Shown: positions 14,144-28,280, counted from the first letter of the stretch. The stretch: DNA of 64,000 nt from Octopus sinensis (GCF_006345805.1 NC_043003.1:3100001-3164000), one strand, 5' to 3'. The notes: generated by a model from the letters alone, not told the origin. Translations and numbers: made by a program.

Positions 14144-14440
14144 GTGTTTATATATACACACACAATCATCACAATCATCGTTTAACGTTCATTTTCCATG
14201 CTAGCATGGGTTGGACGGTTCGACCGGGGTCTGGGAAGCCAGAGGCTGCACCAGGCTCCAGTCTGATCTGGCAGTGTTTCTACAGCTGGATGCCCTTCCT
14301 AACGCCATCCACTCCGTGAGTGTAGTGGGTGCTTTTTCCGTGCCAGGGGAGGCTGGCAACGCCCACGATCGGCCGGTGCTTTTTCTGTGCCGGTGGCACG
14401 GAAGCCTGCCAAGGCGGTGCCGGAATCAGCCATGTTCAGA
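13465..14440 (-). mobile_element. Two RTE 3' tails (13465-13660, 14165-14440) separated by TA/CA microsatellite
   Basis: Reverse-complement family tail with (CAT)n at the left ends. Confidence 0.8.
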
Positions 14441-14447
14441 TGGTGAT

Positions 14448-14618
<171 letters not shown>

Positions 14619-14710
14619 GCATATATATATATATATATATATATAGATGTACATATATATATGTACACATATATACACCCATACATATATACACACACAC
14701 ACATACATAG

Positions 14711-14870
14711 GGTGCAGGTGTGGCTGTGTGGTAACAAACTTGGTTCCAAAACACATGGTCCTCAGTTCAGTCCCCCTGTGTGGTTACTTGGCATGTGTCT
14801 TCTGCTAAAGCCTCAGACCAACCAAAGCCTTGTCAGTGGATTTTGTAGACAGAAACTGAATGAAATCAAT
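14711..14870 (+). mobile_element. SINE family A, head and core
   Basis: GGTGTGGCTGTGTGGTAA...CAGTTCAGTCC...GTAGACAGAAACTGA. Confidence 0.75.
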
Positions 14871-15357
14871 TGTATGTATATATGTGTGTGTGTGTGTATA
14901 TGTTAGTCTGTGTGTGTGTCTGTCTCTGTGTATTTCCCTCATCACTGCTTCACGTATGTATGTATATTCATGTATGTATATTTCATATATCAAGCCCAAG
15001 CTTGTTTATTTGCATCAATATCTCCTCCCATGCCTGCTCACCAGGATTTCTCCTATGGCCACCCTTTCCCCTATGGACTCAGTCCTCCATAAAGACTTCA
15101 CCTGTAGAAGTTCAAATCATTTGAAAATTTCTATTTCCTATATTGAGCATCTCTGGATCTCACCTCCTGACTCTGTCTGTTTGCTTGGGAATTAAACATT
15201 TTAAAAAGTCCAAGAATGTGCCATTTCATGACTCTCTGGCGAACTTTGGTCAGAGAACGATTTTATTTCCCTAGTTTGTAGCTTATGAAGGCGAATCCGG
15301 AGGTGACTGGAGCGGGGACCAAAGCGAAAAGTGGTTACAGTAGGAGAAAGAATACAG

Positions 15358-17158
15358 AATCATCATTTAACATCCGTTTTCCATGCTGGCATGGGTTGGA
15401 TGGTTCGGCCGGGGTCTGGGAAGCCAGGAAGCTGCACCAGGCTCCAGTCTGATCTGACAGTGTTTCTACAGCTGGATGCCCTTCCTAATCACTCTGTGAG
15501 TGTAGTGGGTGCTTTTTATGTGCCACTGGCACAGGGGTCAAGGGAGGCTGGCAAACAGCCACGAACGGTTGGTGCTTTTACGTGTCACCAACATGGATGC
15601 CAGTGAGGCGGCGCTGGCAACTGCCATGTTCAAACAGTGCTTTTTATGTGTCACCGGCATGGGTGTCTTAACTACAATATCAATTCGATTTTTATTTTGA
15701 TGTGATGTACTTGACACAATAGGTCTCCTCAAGTGCAGCAGGCCATCCTGCAAGCCATGATCTCATTTCATTTGTCGGGTTTTCAAAGTCACAGCATATC
15801 TCCAGAGGTCTCGGTCTTTTGTCATAGCCTCTGTGAGGCTCAACGTACGAAGGTCATGCTTGACCACCTTGTCCCATGTCTTCCTGGGTCTACCTCTACC
15901 CCAGATTCTTTCAACTGTTTGGGAGTGGCACTTCTTCACACATATCTCTTCATCCATCCGTAGTACATGACCATACCAATGCAAACGTCTCTCCTGCACA
16001 CTGCATCCGATGCTTCTTATGTCCAACATTTCTCTCAGGGTGCTTACACTCTGTCATGCATGGACACTGACATTATACATCCAGTGGATCATGCTAGCCT
16101 CATTTCTTTCGAGCCTACACATGTCCTCCGCAGTCACAAACCATGTTTCACTGCCATGAAGCATGGCAGTTCGTACACATGCGTCGTACAATCTACCTTT
16201 CACTCTGAGCGAGAGACCCTTTGTCACCAGTGGGAGAAGAAGCTTTCTAAACTTTGCCCAGGCTATTCTTATTCTAGTGGTAACACTCTCTGAGCATCCA
16301 CCCCTGCTACTAACTTGGTCACCCAGGTAGCAGAAACTATCAACTACTTCAAGTTTCTCCCCAAGGAGTGTAATGGAATCTGTTCTCTGAGTATTAATGG
16401 TGTGTATTGCACCTGTGCATCTGCCGCACACAAAAGCTATCTTCTCGGTTAATTTTCCTTTGATGTTGCTGCACCTCTTATGTGTCCATAGCTTACACTG
16501 GGTACATCTTATGGAGTTTCTACCTACACCTTTTCTACAGATCGAGCAGGGCCACCTACCTGTGTGCTGAGTTAGCCTTCCTACTTACTTGGACTTTGGT
16601 CTTTGCTACATTGACTCTAAGGCCTTTTGATTCTAAACCTAGTTCCGGTAATGATTCTGCTATGAGGGCTAAGTCATCAGCATAGAGGAGATCCCAGGGG
16701 CAACCTGTCCTGAATTTCTCTAATTTTGCCTGGAGGGCTATGATGAATAAAAGGGGACCGAGGGCCGAACTTTGCTGGACCCCTACTTATACCCGGAATT
16801 CTTCACTATACCTGTTCCCAATCCTAACTTTGCTAACAGCTTCTCTGTATAGGGCCTGTACAGCCCTAATTAACCATTCATCAATCTCCAGTTTCCGCAT
16901 CGTCCACCAGATAAGGGATCGGGGGACCCTGTCAAAGGCTTTGTCCAAGTCCACGAAAGCTATGTAGAGGGGTTTATCTTTAGCTAGGTATTTCTCCTGC
17001 TGTTGTTGAACCAGGAATATGGCATCAGTGATGCTTCTACCTGGCACAAAACCGAACTGCATCTCATCTAAGCAGACTCTCTCCCTGATGAGATGGGCTA
17101 TGACCTTCTCTGTGACCTTCATTACCTGATCCAGCAGTTTGATACCCCTGTAGTTATT
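15358..17158 (-). mobile_element. Older, internally deleted RTE copy (RT, PHD finger, C-terminus, 3' tail)
   Basis: Minus-strand pieces QFGFVPG, FVDLDKAFDRVPR, YADD, SICRKGVGRNSIRCTQCKLWTHKRC, LEVVDSFCYLG, RRLHWYGHV. Confidence 0.9.
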
Positions 17159-17324
17159 TCAGAATATCGGATAAAATTAATATCGTGCTCTACTTCATAA
17201 AAGATAAGCTTATCTTATTTTATTTTCATCTATAAATAGTTGGGTGACAGAGCTCTGGCCAAAAAACTCGTTAAAAGATAATACGAATCTACAGCAGGGA
17301 GATATATCATAATAATTCAGTGTG

Positions 17325-17697
17325 ACACCAGTGCAGAATCACCTCCCTCTGACAAGTCATCCTAGCGAGACATCTGCGTTGGCTGGGTCATGCCCTCCAT
17401 CGTCAACCAGGAGAATTCATTTACGAAGCAATTGCCCCAGCTCCCCTTCAAGGTTGGTGAAAGCGATGTGGTGGACAACGAAAAACCTGGCTGATGACAG
17501 TCCAGGCTGATCTGGAACCCAACCTAGGCCCCCATATCTACGGCGTTCACCGCTGGAATAAGGAGTGGTTGGGGATCACGCGGTCGTTAGGCTCAAATTG
17601 CCAGGCCTGGTCGGCGTTTGTGAGAGATGCAGCATTGAGGATGAATGAAGCCAGCTCAACCCACCCCGGGTGGATGCTGTCTCAAGTCAAGTCAAAA
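17325..17697 (+). mobile_element. 3' end of a second RTE family, (CAAGT)n tail
   Basis: RLRWLGHALHRQPGEF...GGQRKTWLMTVQADLEPNLGPHIYGVHRWNKEW...AWSAFVRDA, ending TCTCAAGTCAAGTCAA. Confidence 0.75.
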
Positions 17698-18231
17698 TCA
17701 TATCATAATAAACCCACATACGTCCAGTTGTGCACAAACGTAAAAGGACATCTAATAATAGACCTACTGCCACCCACGTCTAATACCTTTACACCCAATC
17801 CACCACGTGCAACACTATTCTATAAGCACAAGGGAATTATAATTCAGAGCCATTAAACAACAGATAAAGAAGAAGAAAAATCTAAAACAAAGAAAATAAA
17901 TCAATTGTGAAATGGCCTAGAATAAATATACTAATCCATATTCGTAGGTGTGGTCGATAAGTACAGTTGTGGCTGTGTAATAAGAAGTTTACTTCCCAAC
18001 TATGTGGTCTTGGGTTCAGTCCCACAGTGTGGTGCCTTGGGCAAGTGTTTTCTATAGACCTAAGTCAACCAAAGCTTTGTTGGATGTCTTTGAAGGATTG
18101 GCAGAAGGAAAGTGGTTTTAATTTATTCGTGTCAATTGTAGAAAATGTAATTTTGTCTAATTTTCTTTCAACTAAAGTATTTGGTCAAGTATTGGTCATT
18201 ATGCCCAATGTTTTTTTAAAAAGTATACATT

Positions 18232-18607
18232 AGGTGCAGGTGTGGCCATGTAGTAAGAAATTTTCTTCCCAACCACATGGCTCTGGGTTCAGTTCCATTG
18301 TGTGGCATCTTCACCAAGTGTCTTCTACTTTAACCTTGGGCCGACCAAAGCCTTGAGTAGATTGCGTAGACAGAAACTGAAGGAAACCAGTTGTGTGTGT
18401 GTTTGTCCCCAACCTCTGCTTGACATCCAGTGTTGGTGTGCTTACGTCCCCGTAACTTAGCAATTTGGCAAAAGAGACTGATAGAATAAGTATGAGGCAA
18501 AAACAAAAAAACACACACTGAGATCAATTCATTTGATTAAAAATTCTTCAAGACAATGCTCCAGCATGGCCCCAGTCTAATGACTGAAACAAGTAAAAGA
18601 TAAGAGA
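18232..18607 (+). mobile_element. SINE family A, near full length
   Basis: Head, core and GACTGAAACAAGTAAAAG 3' end. Confidence 0.8.
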
Positions 18608-18959
18608 AGAGATTGTTTATGATAAAGATTATAACATGAAGTTGGTTCCATGTTTCTCCAAGAGTCAATTCCTTTGCTGACCTTCCTGTTCATGTTATCA
18701 GGGTTCGGATGATGAAAGAGAAAGAAATATCCTTCCCCATCTCTTTGCATCTGTAATTGTGTCTTTATGAAGGTTATTAATGCACAGATAATGTACAAAT
18801 AGGTCTGTGGTCTTGTTGAAGGGCTTTGTTTTATATAACTGTGATCTGACGGACCTCCTTGGTTTCTCAACAACCTTAATGTTGAGCTTGCTGCCCCTCA
18901 GAGCCTTCCTGAACCTGCAGGTTAACTTCCCACGCGGTGTAACCTCTACAAGCATCAAC

Positions 18960-19255
18960 CAGTCGGGGGGCACTGGCAACGACCATGTTCGAATGGCGCA
19001 TTTTACATGCCACCAGCCTGGGTACCAGACAGGTGGCACTGGCAACGACCATGCTTGAATGGTGCTTTTTACGTGCTGCCGGCACAGGAGCCAGTCAGGC
19101 AGCACCGGCATTGACCGTGTTTGTATGATGCATTTTATGTGCCATTGGCACAGGAGCCAGTCCAGAGAGACTGGCATTGGCCATGCTCGAATGGTGCTAT
19201 TTATGTGCCGCCGGCACAGGTGCCAGTCATGCAGTACTGGCATCGGCCACAACAA
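18960..19255 (-). repeat. Array of RTE 3' UTR ~62-nt units
   Basis: Repeated GGTGC(T)TTTTACGTGC..CCGGCAC(A)GG units. Confidence 0.65.
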
Positions 19256-19517
19256 TGGTTTCATTGGATTCAACAGGTCTTCTCAAGCATAGTTTATTCA
19301 GAAATATTTATTACGAATGAAGAATTCAGGTGGAAATTAGGTCTAACATATCAGGAAAATTCACACAAATTGGACTAAGTGGGTATTACTTAATGATGAG
19401 CAGAAAATGTCCGAGAGGGTGGAGTTTCTGCTGATTCTAATGAACGTTTGTTGTATATCTGTTTTGTACTGTATTGTTTTTGTAGATTTCAAAATACAAA
19501 GAAGAGATATTGTCAAA

Positions 19518-19677
19518 ATGGCTGAATCTATTGGTGGCACCAATGCCTTACCGCTTGGCAAGAAAACGAGGAAACGTCCGACAACTGAACTGCTTTTAAA
19601 ATCAGATGCAAAGTTACCCCAAAAGCAAAATGTTAAAGAAAAATCTTCTGAACAGGAAATACCTGCTGAATCATCAG
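19518..19677 (+). CDS. Coding exon 1 of an uncharacterised acidic, Ser-rich, putatively nuclear protein (~188 aa)
   Basis: Exon 19486-19677 with acceptor gtattgtttttgtag, ATG in context AAAATGG, phase-1 donor CAG|gtttgt. Reads MAESIGGTNALPLGKKTRKRPTT... Confidence 0.6.
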
Positions 19678-20124
19678 GTTTGTTTGCTAGTTTGTATTTG
19701 GTCTGAGGACAAATGAAATAATTGGTCTCTTAAATAAAGATTGTATATTTGACTGGAGCTGGCAAGGCTGGAGAGCTGTGCCAGGCTTCAGCCATATGTT
19801 TTGGCTTGGTTTCTGTAGCTGGATGCCCTTCCTAATGTCACCCACTTTACAGAGTGCTCTGGGTGCTTTTTATGTGGTACCAGCATGGGTACTTTTTACA
19901 TGGCACTAGAACCAGAGGGGTCACTGAGTAACTTGCAAGACAAAGACCCCTTAGTTGAGAGAAGGAGTGAAACTGAGGGAAGTAATTGTGTGCCAGGAGA
20001 GGGGTTAGGGTATGATAGAGGGACAGGGAGAGTTGTCTTACTATAGAGGAGATACTTGGCCATCTTAGTAAGACAAAGAAGGAAGGAGGGAGAGATTTAG
20101 AGTGAAAAATAGAGAAATTGTCAA

Positions 20125-20155
<31 letters not shown>

Positions 20156-20334
20156 TGAAGTAGATGGTGCTGGAGATGTAATGGGGCCTACCTAATCCCA
20201 GTGTGTGACACTTAAAATTGTCTACTGCTCTGTTTTACTTGTGGTTGAAACTATGGCGGTCTCTAAAATGGATTGTCTGTTTTCTGTGTGGTAGACTTGA
20301 GCTTCAAGAAGTAATCAGTAATATATTAACATCT

Positions 20335-20710
20335 TTTATCTTTTCCACTTGTTTCAGCCATTAGACTGTGGCCATGCTGGGGCACTGCCTTGAATTTTTA
20401 GCTGAATAAATTGACCCCAATACTTTTTCTTTAAGCCTGGTACTTATTCTGTTAGTGTCTTTTGCCAAACTGCTAAGTTATGGGGATGCAAACACACCGA
20501 CACCATTTGTCAAGCAGCAGTGGCAGAGAAATAATGCAGACACCAAATGAACAAACACAGTTATAAATATATACAACAGGCTTCTTTCAGTTTCTGTCTT
20601 CCAAATCCATTCACTAGGCATTGCTGGCCCAAAATGCCATGCAGTAGGACTGAACCTGGAACCATGTGATTGAGAAACAAACGTCTTACCACAAAGCCAC
20701 TCCAGTGCCC
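20335..20710 (-). mobile_element. SINE family A
   Basis: Reverse-complement match to the family. Confidence 0.75.
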
Positions 20711-20741
20711 ATATAATATATATTATGAATATATTCCGATA

Positions 20742-20955
20742 CATTTGAGGGAGTTGCTGAAAAGTTCTTGGCTTTAGGTAAAAGAAAATAGAGGAGGATC
20801 AGTTAATTATGATTTTGTTGAACATATTTCCTTTCCAGATCCACACAGTCCTTCAGTTTTTCAAAGTCCTGTAAAGAAATTCAGAAGATTGGGTCTCCGA
20901 CAAGGCCTTTCGCGATACCCTTAAAGCCTGGAACTTTTCAGTACTCCCACATGTA
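20742..20955. mobile_element. Mariner-type MITE
   Basis: TIR-like GAGGGAGTTGCTGAAAAGTTCTTGGCTTT / AAAGCCTGGAACTTTTCAGTACTCCC. Confidence 0.6.
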
Positions 20956-21033
20956 TTATTATATATAGATGATAAATGATAAAGTCTGAAATTATTTACA
21001 GTGTTCTTTTTTTTTATTATTTTTATTATCTAG

Positions 21034-21440
21034 ACAGTTCCATTTCTGATGAAGATGGACTGGATTACCATAGTTCAGAAAGTTCTGAGAGTTCTGAATC
21101 TTCAGCCTCTTCAAAACATTTGCCTGGTCCTGAAGCTGGTTCAGAAACATCAGAAGAAACAGACAGTTCAGATTGTTCTGACAGCTCAGACGATTCCAAC
21201 AGTTCATCTGAATCGGATATCGAGGAATTAATTAAAAGGATAAAGTCAAATCGTACACATATTGAAGAATTCAATAAAGGCTTTTTAAACAAAAATAGTC
21301 TGGATACGACCAAGAATCTTCCTCTATTTAGTCACACAATATGTAACCCCTTATTTCATAAAAAGGTACCAAGTAGTTTAAGTGAAACCAAAAAGAAAAG
21401 AAGAAGCAGAAGTCAAATGGAAAAATTGGCTGAATCTTAA
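21034..21440 (+). CDS. Terminal coding exon of the same protein
   Basis: Long pyrimidine tract ending tag; phase 1 joins to give GAC. Reads DSSISDEDGLDYHSSESSESS...KKKRRSRSQMEKLAES*; the spliced CDS is 567 nt. Confidence 0.65.
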
Positions 21441-22231
21441 TTTTTTTTGTTTTAATCATGACTTCTAGGCTTAATTCAAAGCAGTTAAGTTTGGTTTTTT
21501 TTTTACCAAATTTCTTATTTACGTGCCTTTGTAAGCTAAGATTACAATGAGTTAATCATATTTTTTTGCTACAAAATTCATAGAGAATAATGTTAAAACT
21601 CTAGCTAAACAGACATTCCTGTAATATCTCTTGAGTAGGGAACTAAAGCTGAAAATCAGGATTGTTGTCATGGAAATATGAATTAAAAGCCTTCCCATAT
21701 AAAACGACACATTCATAGCAATGCAACATTTATAGAACAGTTTCAACAACGAACATATTGCAGCCCAAAGACCATCCAATGAAGAATTACCCCTTTGGGG
21801 GTACAAGACATTTTGGCACAACTGTATTGGCAGCGCCTGTTTGGCATCCCTGATTTGATGCTGGCTTATTTAACATCACACGTTTCAATTTCTCTCCTTC
21901 CTCTTCTGCTATCTCTCTCCTTCCTCTTCTGCTCTCTCTTTCTCTCTCTCTTTATGTGTGTATCTTTCTTTATCTTTTCTTTTTTATTTGTTTCAATCCT
22001 TAGACTGTGGCCATACTGGGGCATCACCTTGAACAATTTTAACTAAAACAAACTGAATCCGGTACTTTTTTGTTTTTTTGAAGTCTGGTACTTATTCTAT
22101 CAGTCTCTTTTGCCAAATTGCTAAGTTATGGGGATGTAGACATGCCAGCACTGGTTGTCAAACAGTGGTGGAGAAGAAGCAGATGCAAAGACATACGTGC
22201 ATATATCTACCTTGATAATCCTTTCTGTTAT

Positions 22232-22440
22232 AGGCACAAGGCCTGTAATTTTTTGGGGGAGGGGGTCCAGTCAATTAGATCGACCCCAGTACACAACTGG
22301 TACTTAATTTATCAACCCCCAAAAAGATGAAAGGCAAAGTCAACCTTGGCGGAATTTGAACTCAGAACGTAAAGACAGACGAAATACTGCTAAGCATTTC
22401 GCCTGGCGTGCTAACGATTCTGCCAGCTTGTCACCTTATA
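22232..22440 (-). mobile_element. tRNA-derived SINE family B (Meta-domain-like)
   Basis: The sense strand has an A-box-like TGGCAGAATCGTTAG, a B-box GAGTTCAAATTCC and GACTTTGCCTTTCATC...GATAAATTAAGTACCAG. Confidence 0.8.
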
Positions 22441-23451
22441 TATATCTTGATAATACTAAAACTTAAGGGATGTTTGTGTGTAACTGAAATATCTCAGAAA
22501 TAGCATATTTTATCTTAATTCTTTTACATATTTATTTTCATACTTACCTTTGGCAGCGCAGTACAAATTTTTGTGATATTTGAACCTCTATTTAAACAAT
22601 TAAACACAATATTTATTATTTCTTGATGATAAAGATACCTGGCTTCCATGACGTCAACACACAGACAGAATACACACACATATAATGAATGTCAAGGTAT
22701 GTCAATCAACACAAACACCTGTTCACTATCTGTGACATATACACACACATTGTCTTCGCACTATCTAAGAAGAAAAAATAACCGTCGACTTTTTGATGTA
22801 GGCAATATTTTAATCATTTGGAAATATTTTTAACTGAATGAGATTTCATCCTCCGGAATTCATTAATTTCCTTAAAGAGTTTTTTTTTTTTTATTTACTT
22901 TTGTTTTGAAGTAAAAGAGAGGAGAAAGTGAAAGATGTATTAGAAATGGACATGCGTGTGTGTGTGTGTGAAAGAGAGAGAGAGACAGACAGAGAGAGAG
23001 AGGAAGAGAGAGAGAGAGACAGTGAGGAGGAAAGGAGTGTGTTGTCATGTATACGTACATACATCAATACATATGCGTACATCTTGTATATACGTGAGCA
23101 TGTGTGTGTGAGTGAACGTGTGTGTTCTCATGTATGTGTAAGTGACACACACACACATTTTCTCTCTCTCTCACATCCACGTCTATGTCATATACACGTT
23201 CATACACCTTTCACTTTCTCTTCTCTTTCACTTTGAAATAAAATTAAGGTAATTTTTCAGGATAAAAACTGTTTCAAATAACCTTCTACCCGTGTAAATA
23301 GATTACCATTCCTTGGATAGTTCCAATGAAATAAGTCCAGAAGTTAGGTTAAATATAAAAAAACATGCTTAAGTACCGTGAATTCCTATTTTACAAACTG
23401 GCAAACATTTCTGTGAATACTTTCCTGGGCAAGGCTGGGTACTAATTCTAG

Positions 23452-23485
<34 letters not shown>

Positions 23486-23841
23486 TGCAAAGACATACGT
23501 GCATATATATGGTTTTGGTATCCAGAAGACCCAAAAGGCAGGTACGGCTATGTAAGTGCTACAGAAGGACCACTGTTAAACTCCTGGTTCAATAACAGCA
23601 TGAGCAAGGAGTCTAAGGCAAGTCATGTATGAGCATCTATATGTTACATAAAATGAGACAACAAAGCCAAGATGCTTTGCTAGTCACCAAGGGTGTTAAT
23701 AAATCCTCTTTAGAATGAATTAGGAAAGATCTGCACAAATTCTTCTCTAATCTCAACCTATCCATTACCTTGGAAAATTCCCATAAAACCACTAATTTTT
23801 AGATGTTACTTTAAACTTAAAAACATCCCAATACTCCCCGT

Positions 23842-24104
23842 CAGTGGCAGACTGGCCAAGTTGCCAGCTTGCCCGATGGCAAGTGGCCCCTGTGCCATTA
23901 TAATCCATATATGGGGGCTCATGTTAGTATCTAAGGGGCCCATCCCCTCAAGTTTGAGAATTTTTTATTCACTCCTGGAAGAATGCATTATTTCCGCCTG
24001 GCTGTGTTTGTAGACAGTTGAAGAGAATACTTAAAAAAAATAAATGATAGCATTGTAATTGTAGTCTCCGGGCAACTAATATTTTTAGACCCAGTCCGCC
24101 ACTG
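23842..24104. mobile_element. hAT-type MITE
   Basis: TIR CAGTGGCAGACTGG / CCAGTCCGCCACTG; 8-bp flanks ctccccgt and ctccccaa. Confidence 0.7.
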
Positions 24105-24904
24105 CTCCCCAAATCATAAAACCACCCAGTGCCTTAAGTACTGAAACATTTATTCCCATCACCACAAATCCACTTTGACAAATTTGACCATATACCTGGC
24201 ACTCCACTGGTAGAGCGGTGCCATGCTATAGAGAAAAATAAGCCCAAGGCTATAGACGCTTACCCAAGGTGCCACACAGTGGAACTGAACTCAGAACCAC
24301 ACAGCTACGCTGTGCACGAAGAGAGGGAAAGTGTTTGTGCCAGCCATTTTCAATTAATAAATTGTTAAGACTCTCTCTCTCTCTCACTCTTTCTTCTTGT
24401 ATATTTCTACATATATGTGTGTGTGTGTGTTTGCCTCCAGTGCTAAAAACTACTGTTGCCAAAACAGACTGAATGTGCTGACTGCCAGGCCAAACCGTTT
24501 CCATGCCAACAGCTGTGCCGCATAATCTCATTCCAACAAAATGTATCCATACATCACCAAATTGCTGAATGAAAAGACTATAGAACATAAACCATTCTTT
24601 TCTCTTAGAAATGGGAAACCTGCTTTTGTAGTGAATTGATTAGGGGCCAGAACAAAAGAACATTCTCCAGAGAAGTTATAGGCTACTGTACAACATTTCA
24701 ACTGTTTATTATGAAATATCAACTAATATTATAAAATGTGAACATATATTATATTTAAAGACCATGTGAAATATATGTAATCACTACATGTAAGCACCAC
24801 ATGAAAGATTATGAATATTTGATATAAATGACAAATTGTATTTATTTATATTAAAAATTATATTTCAACATTATATTTGAGTTAATTATATTCTTTTTTA
24901 CTCT

Positions 24905-25240
24905 AGGCACAAGGCCTGAAGTTTTTGGGGAGGGGTGCCGTCGATTAGATCGACTCCAGTACGCAACTGGTATTTAATTTATCAACCCTGAAAAGATGAA
25001 AGGCAAAGTCAACCTTGGCAGAATTTGAACTCAGAATGTCGTAACAGGTGAAATATAGCTAAGCATTTTGCCCGGCATGCTAACATTTCTGCCAGCTTGC
25101 CGCTTTTAAATATTCTTTTCTATTCTGGGTACAATGCTCGAAATTTTTGAGAAGTGGGTGGGGGGGAGGGCAGTCGATTAGATCGACCCCAGTATACAAC
25201 TGGTACTTAAATTATTGACCTTGAAATGATGAAAGGCACC
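24905..25240 (-). mobile_element. SINE family B, two copies
   Basis: Same motifs as 22232-22440. Confidence 0.75.
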
Positions 25241-25541
25241 AGACTATCACTCTTTGGTGCCACGAAAGAGGGTTTGAGAGGCAAGCATTATTCCAGTGAT
25301 GAGGAAGTGAAAACTGTAGTGAAGAAGTGGCCCAAAGAACAGTCAACAGAATTTTACAGGACAGGGATACATGCTCTCATTCGAAGGTGGAACATTATTA
25401 TTGAGAGAAATGGTGACTATGTTGAGAAGTAGGGATGTGATCCACAGAGGACCAGCTTCATTTTGATGTATGATACATGTTCCTGTGTTGGTAATTATAC
25501 CTGTCCTAAAGAAAATGGCATTATTTTTTGACTCACCCTCG
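25241..25541 (+). mobile_element. Mariner 3' fragment
   Basis: LFGATKEGLRGKHYSSDEEVK...GIHALIRRWNIIIERNGDYVEK*; ends TTTTGACTCACCCTCG|TA. Confidence 0.8.
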
Positions 25542-28280
25542 TAGAATTCCTTGTGCTACATTTTTGGTTTTATACTCTGAATTGAAACCCTGCCCAGGCA
25601 AAATTTGCCTTTCATACATTCAGAGATAACAAAATTACCAGGATGAAGGGGGATGGGTTAGGCTGAGGTAGGTTTTAAAAAAATTCATGTGCTGGTTCCA
25701 CAAAAAAGCGCCCAGGACACTCTGCGAAATGATTTACATTAGGAAGGGCATCCAGCCTTAGAAATCATGCCAACATATCTGAAGATACGGAAGGCTTTTA
25801 AACAGTGTTAGCATTAGTCAACATCAAGAGAAAGGTTTCATCTTTGAGCATCTCCTGCAGTTTATACATAAGAGTGAAATAAACGTCTGATATCAACACA
25901 CACAAATATATACTCACAAATATACACATACATGCATGTAGGTATATATTACACGTACGTGTATTCTTTAGCGTTACTAGAACTGCCTAATCCATTGTCA
26001 AGACTGAAATTTATAGAAGTTAATTTTTTTTCTGGGGTCATCCTAATGTGGGTAAACTGATAATGTTGAACATCACTATATTGTCCAATGGACCCAAGCC
26101 CATGTCGAAGACTGTCCGGGTCGGGTGTTTTTACCCAGGCCTTATTGCTTTCAAAAAGAAATGCTTGTTTTTTGCGTAGAGTATTATTTCAGGCTACACA
26201 ATTTATAAAACTTAGAAAACATAATGGTAATGGCAAATTGCAAAATATTTTTCCTGATGCTTGAATGAATCTTTCCTTCAACTGCCTTTCTGAATTAACG
26301 ATTTAAAAAAAAAATATGAACAATTGCAGCGTGGAAGGTGCTGCACGGAATTTTGTCAGTGAACAGGTCGAGGTCTCAAAGCGACGAAAATATTTTGACA
26401 AATTAAATTTAAATGTTGAAGTGAATCGAACGGCTTTTTGTGTGTTTCTTAAATGGCTTCCATGCTGCAATTGCTTTTGTTTCAGCACACAATCTCAGAT
26501 CAGGTCACTTGCTATGATTTTATCCTAAACAAGGCTTGAAACTACTCTAGCATAAAGAACTACAGAAGGGGAAAAGAATGGGTCAACAAATTCAAGGGAT
26601 ACCAATTGACAGAGAGCTTAAAGGATTGAATATCACTGACCAGAAGAAAACAAGACAACGTTTGTGAGTTCTAGGGAGAAGCAGTTGGAGGAAAGAAGTT
26701 GTTAGAATAAAAAGACTTATGACTTACAGGAAGCTCAACAAAGAAACTACGAACCTGGTGGTACGTTTAAAGGTTTTCACAGAGGATACAAGTCCAGAGA
26801 GTTCGTCAGAGCAATGACCATGGAAATAGTTGTAGAAAAGACAACGAAAATACATTCTGACGACGAGCCAAAGAAACAGCTTTGTACAGCTCTCACGATT
26901 TGTAGACGTGGGCTTCCTTCACATCAATTTAAGCAACCTCCTCTTAAACATATTGAATTGGGAACTTCGGTCATTTAAGTTTCACCGGAAACAAAACACA
27001 GACACCATGAATTTTATGGAAACTGAGCTACAACCATAATATGATTGAGGAAATTCAATAATAAGTGCCTATAGCAAAGCTTAAGGTTGGGGGCAAAGGG
27101 TCACACTTTTATAAAGGCATTACTTTTGCAGTCTGGTGGATAATCCTGCACAGGCGACAAACTTAGGGGTTATCTCAGGCAGCACATGTCCAAGCAACGC
27201 CACTGGACAGCCCAGAATATATTGGGAACATTTCACCATCTTTCATTTCGGTCGTATTATTGTAGAATAGCCAAAAAGAATCTACCACCAGTGAAATAAT
27301 TGTATGAAAAGTAGCGAAAATCTAAGATTATATCAACATGAATCATATTGGTTTTGGAAGTGAAAGCGGGGGAAATAGTAGACCAGAATTTTGTCTAAAA
27401 ATAGAGGATGGTAAGAAAAATGTATGAGCCTCGAAGGAAAAAAAAATGATAAACATCTTCAGTTAATAGCAATACCTATACGAGACCAGTTTAATTAATT
27501 AAATTAAATAGTTACCGCTTATCAATATTTTACAGTCTGCATTGAACAAGTATAAATTTGTCTGAAACATTTGTGTTATTTTATAACTAATCTTTAAAGA
27601 ACTGCTGCGAAAACATAGGCAAGTGCAGCAAAACCGTAGACACGTAGAAATATATTTAATTTTTCTGAATTATCAAAACTATTTTGATGTTCCTATGTAT
27701 CTCACAGAACAGACTTTCAGCTCTATAAATCGTTGCTGTTGTTCAGACCGAAGTTAACCTCAATCGACCAAACCTATTTTTAAAGACATTCAAATGGTGA
27801 CCATTCTTGTCTTATCGTAAAAAGGACTAACATTTCCTTTGTGTTCTTGTTTATTTCTGTCTGTCGGTGGTGTGAAATACGAGGAAGAGAAAGAATTCGG
27901 CTGTTTTCCTTCGCTGGTTATTAGTTTGGCTCGATTACGTAAAATTTAATGGATGAAAATAAACAACCATGTTAGTACAGATTAGTAAAAAGAGAAATAA
28001 ACTCTTATTTGTTTGCAGTCAAAGAAGTTATCTTTTAAAGATATATAGGTCTTGACGTGCTTATCATAGAGAAACAGTAAATTCTTTGTTATCTCCCGAA
28101 GTTATGTACCGCCTTGGTTCTAGTGGTTTTCTATACTGTAAACCTAGTTCCTACGAAATCTGTCACCGCAATTTAGTGAAAAGAGCTCGTTAATTATTGA
28201 GAAAATTAGTAATAAAAATGTTTTGAACATTTTTTAAAAAGGAAACTATTTAAGGAAAGTAAACAAATTAACATTTACCA

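Noticed and set aside
15275-15345. Plus-strand candidate exon FVAYEGESGGDWSGDQSEK
   Set aside because: Good acceptor but no convincing donor, and no phase link to 19486.
17235-17280. Possible decayed hammerhead (CAGAGCTCTG palindrome, GCC-AAAAAACTCG)
   Set aside because: Both core segments are absent and cannot be supported from this copy.
17480-17515. GAAA and CTGATGA close together
   Set aside because: Only 8 nt apart in permuted order; part of RTE coding sequence.
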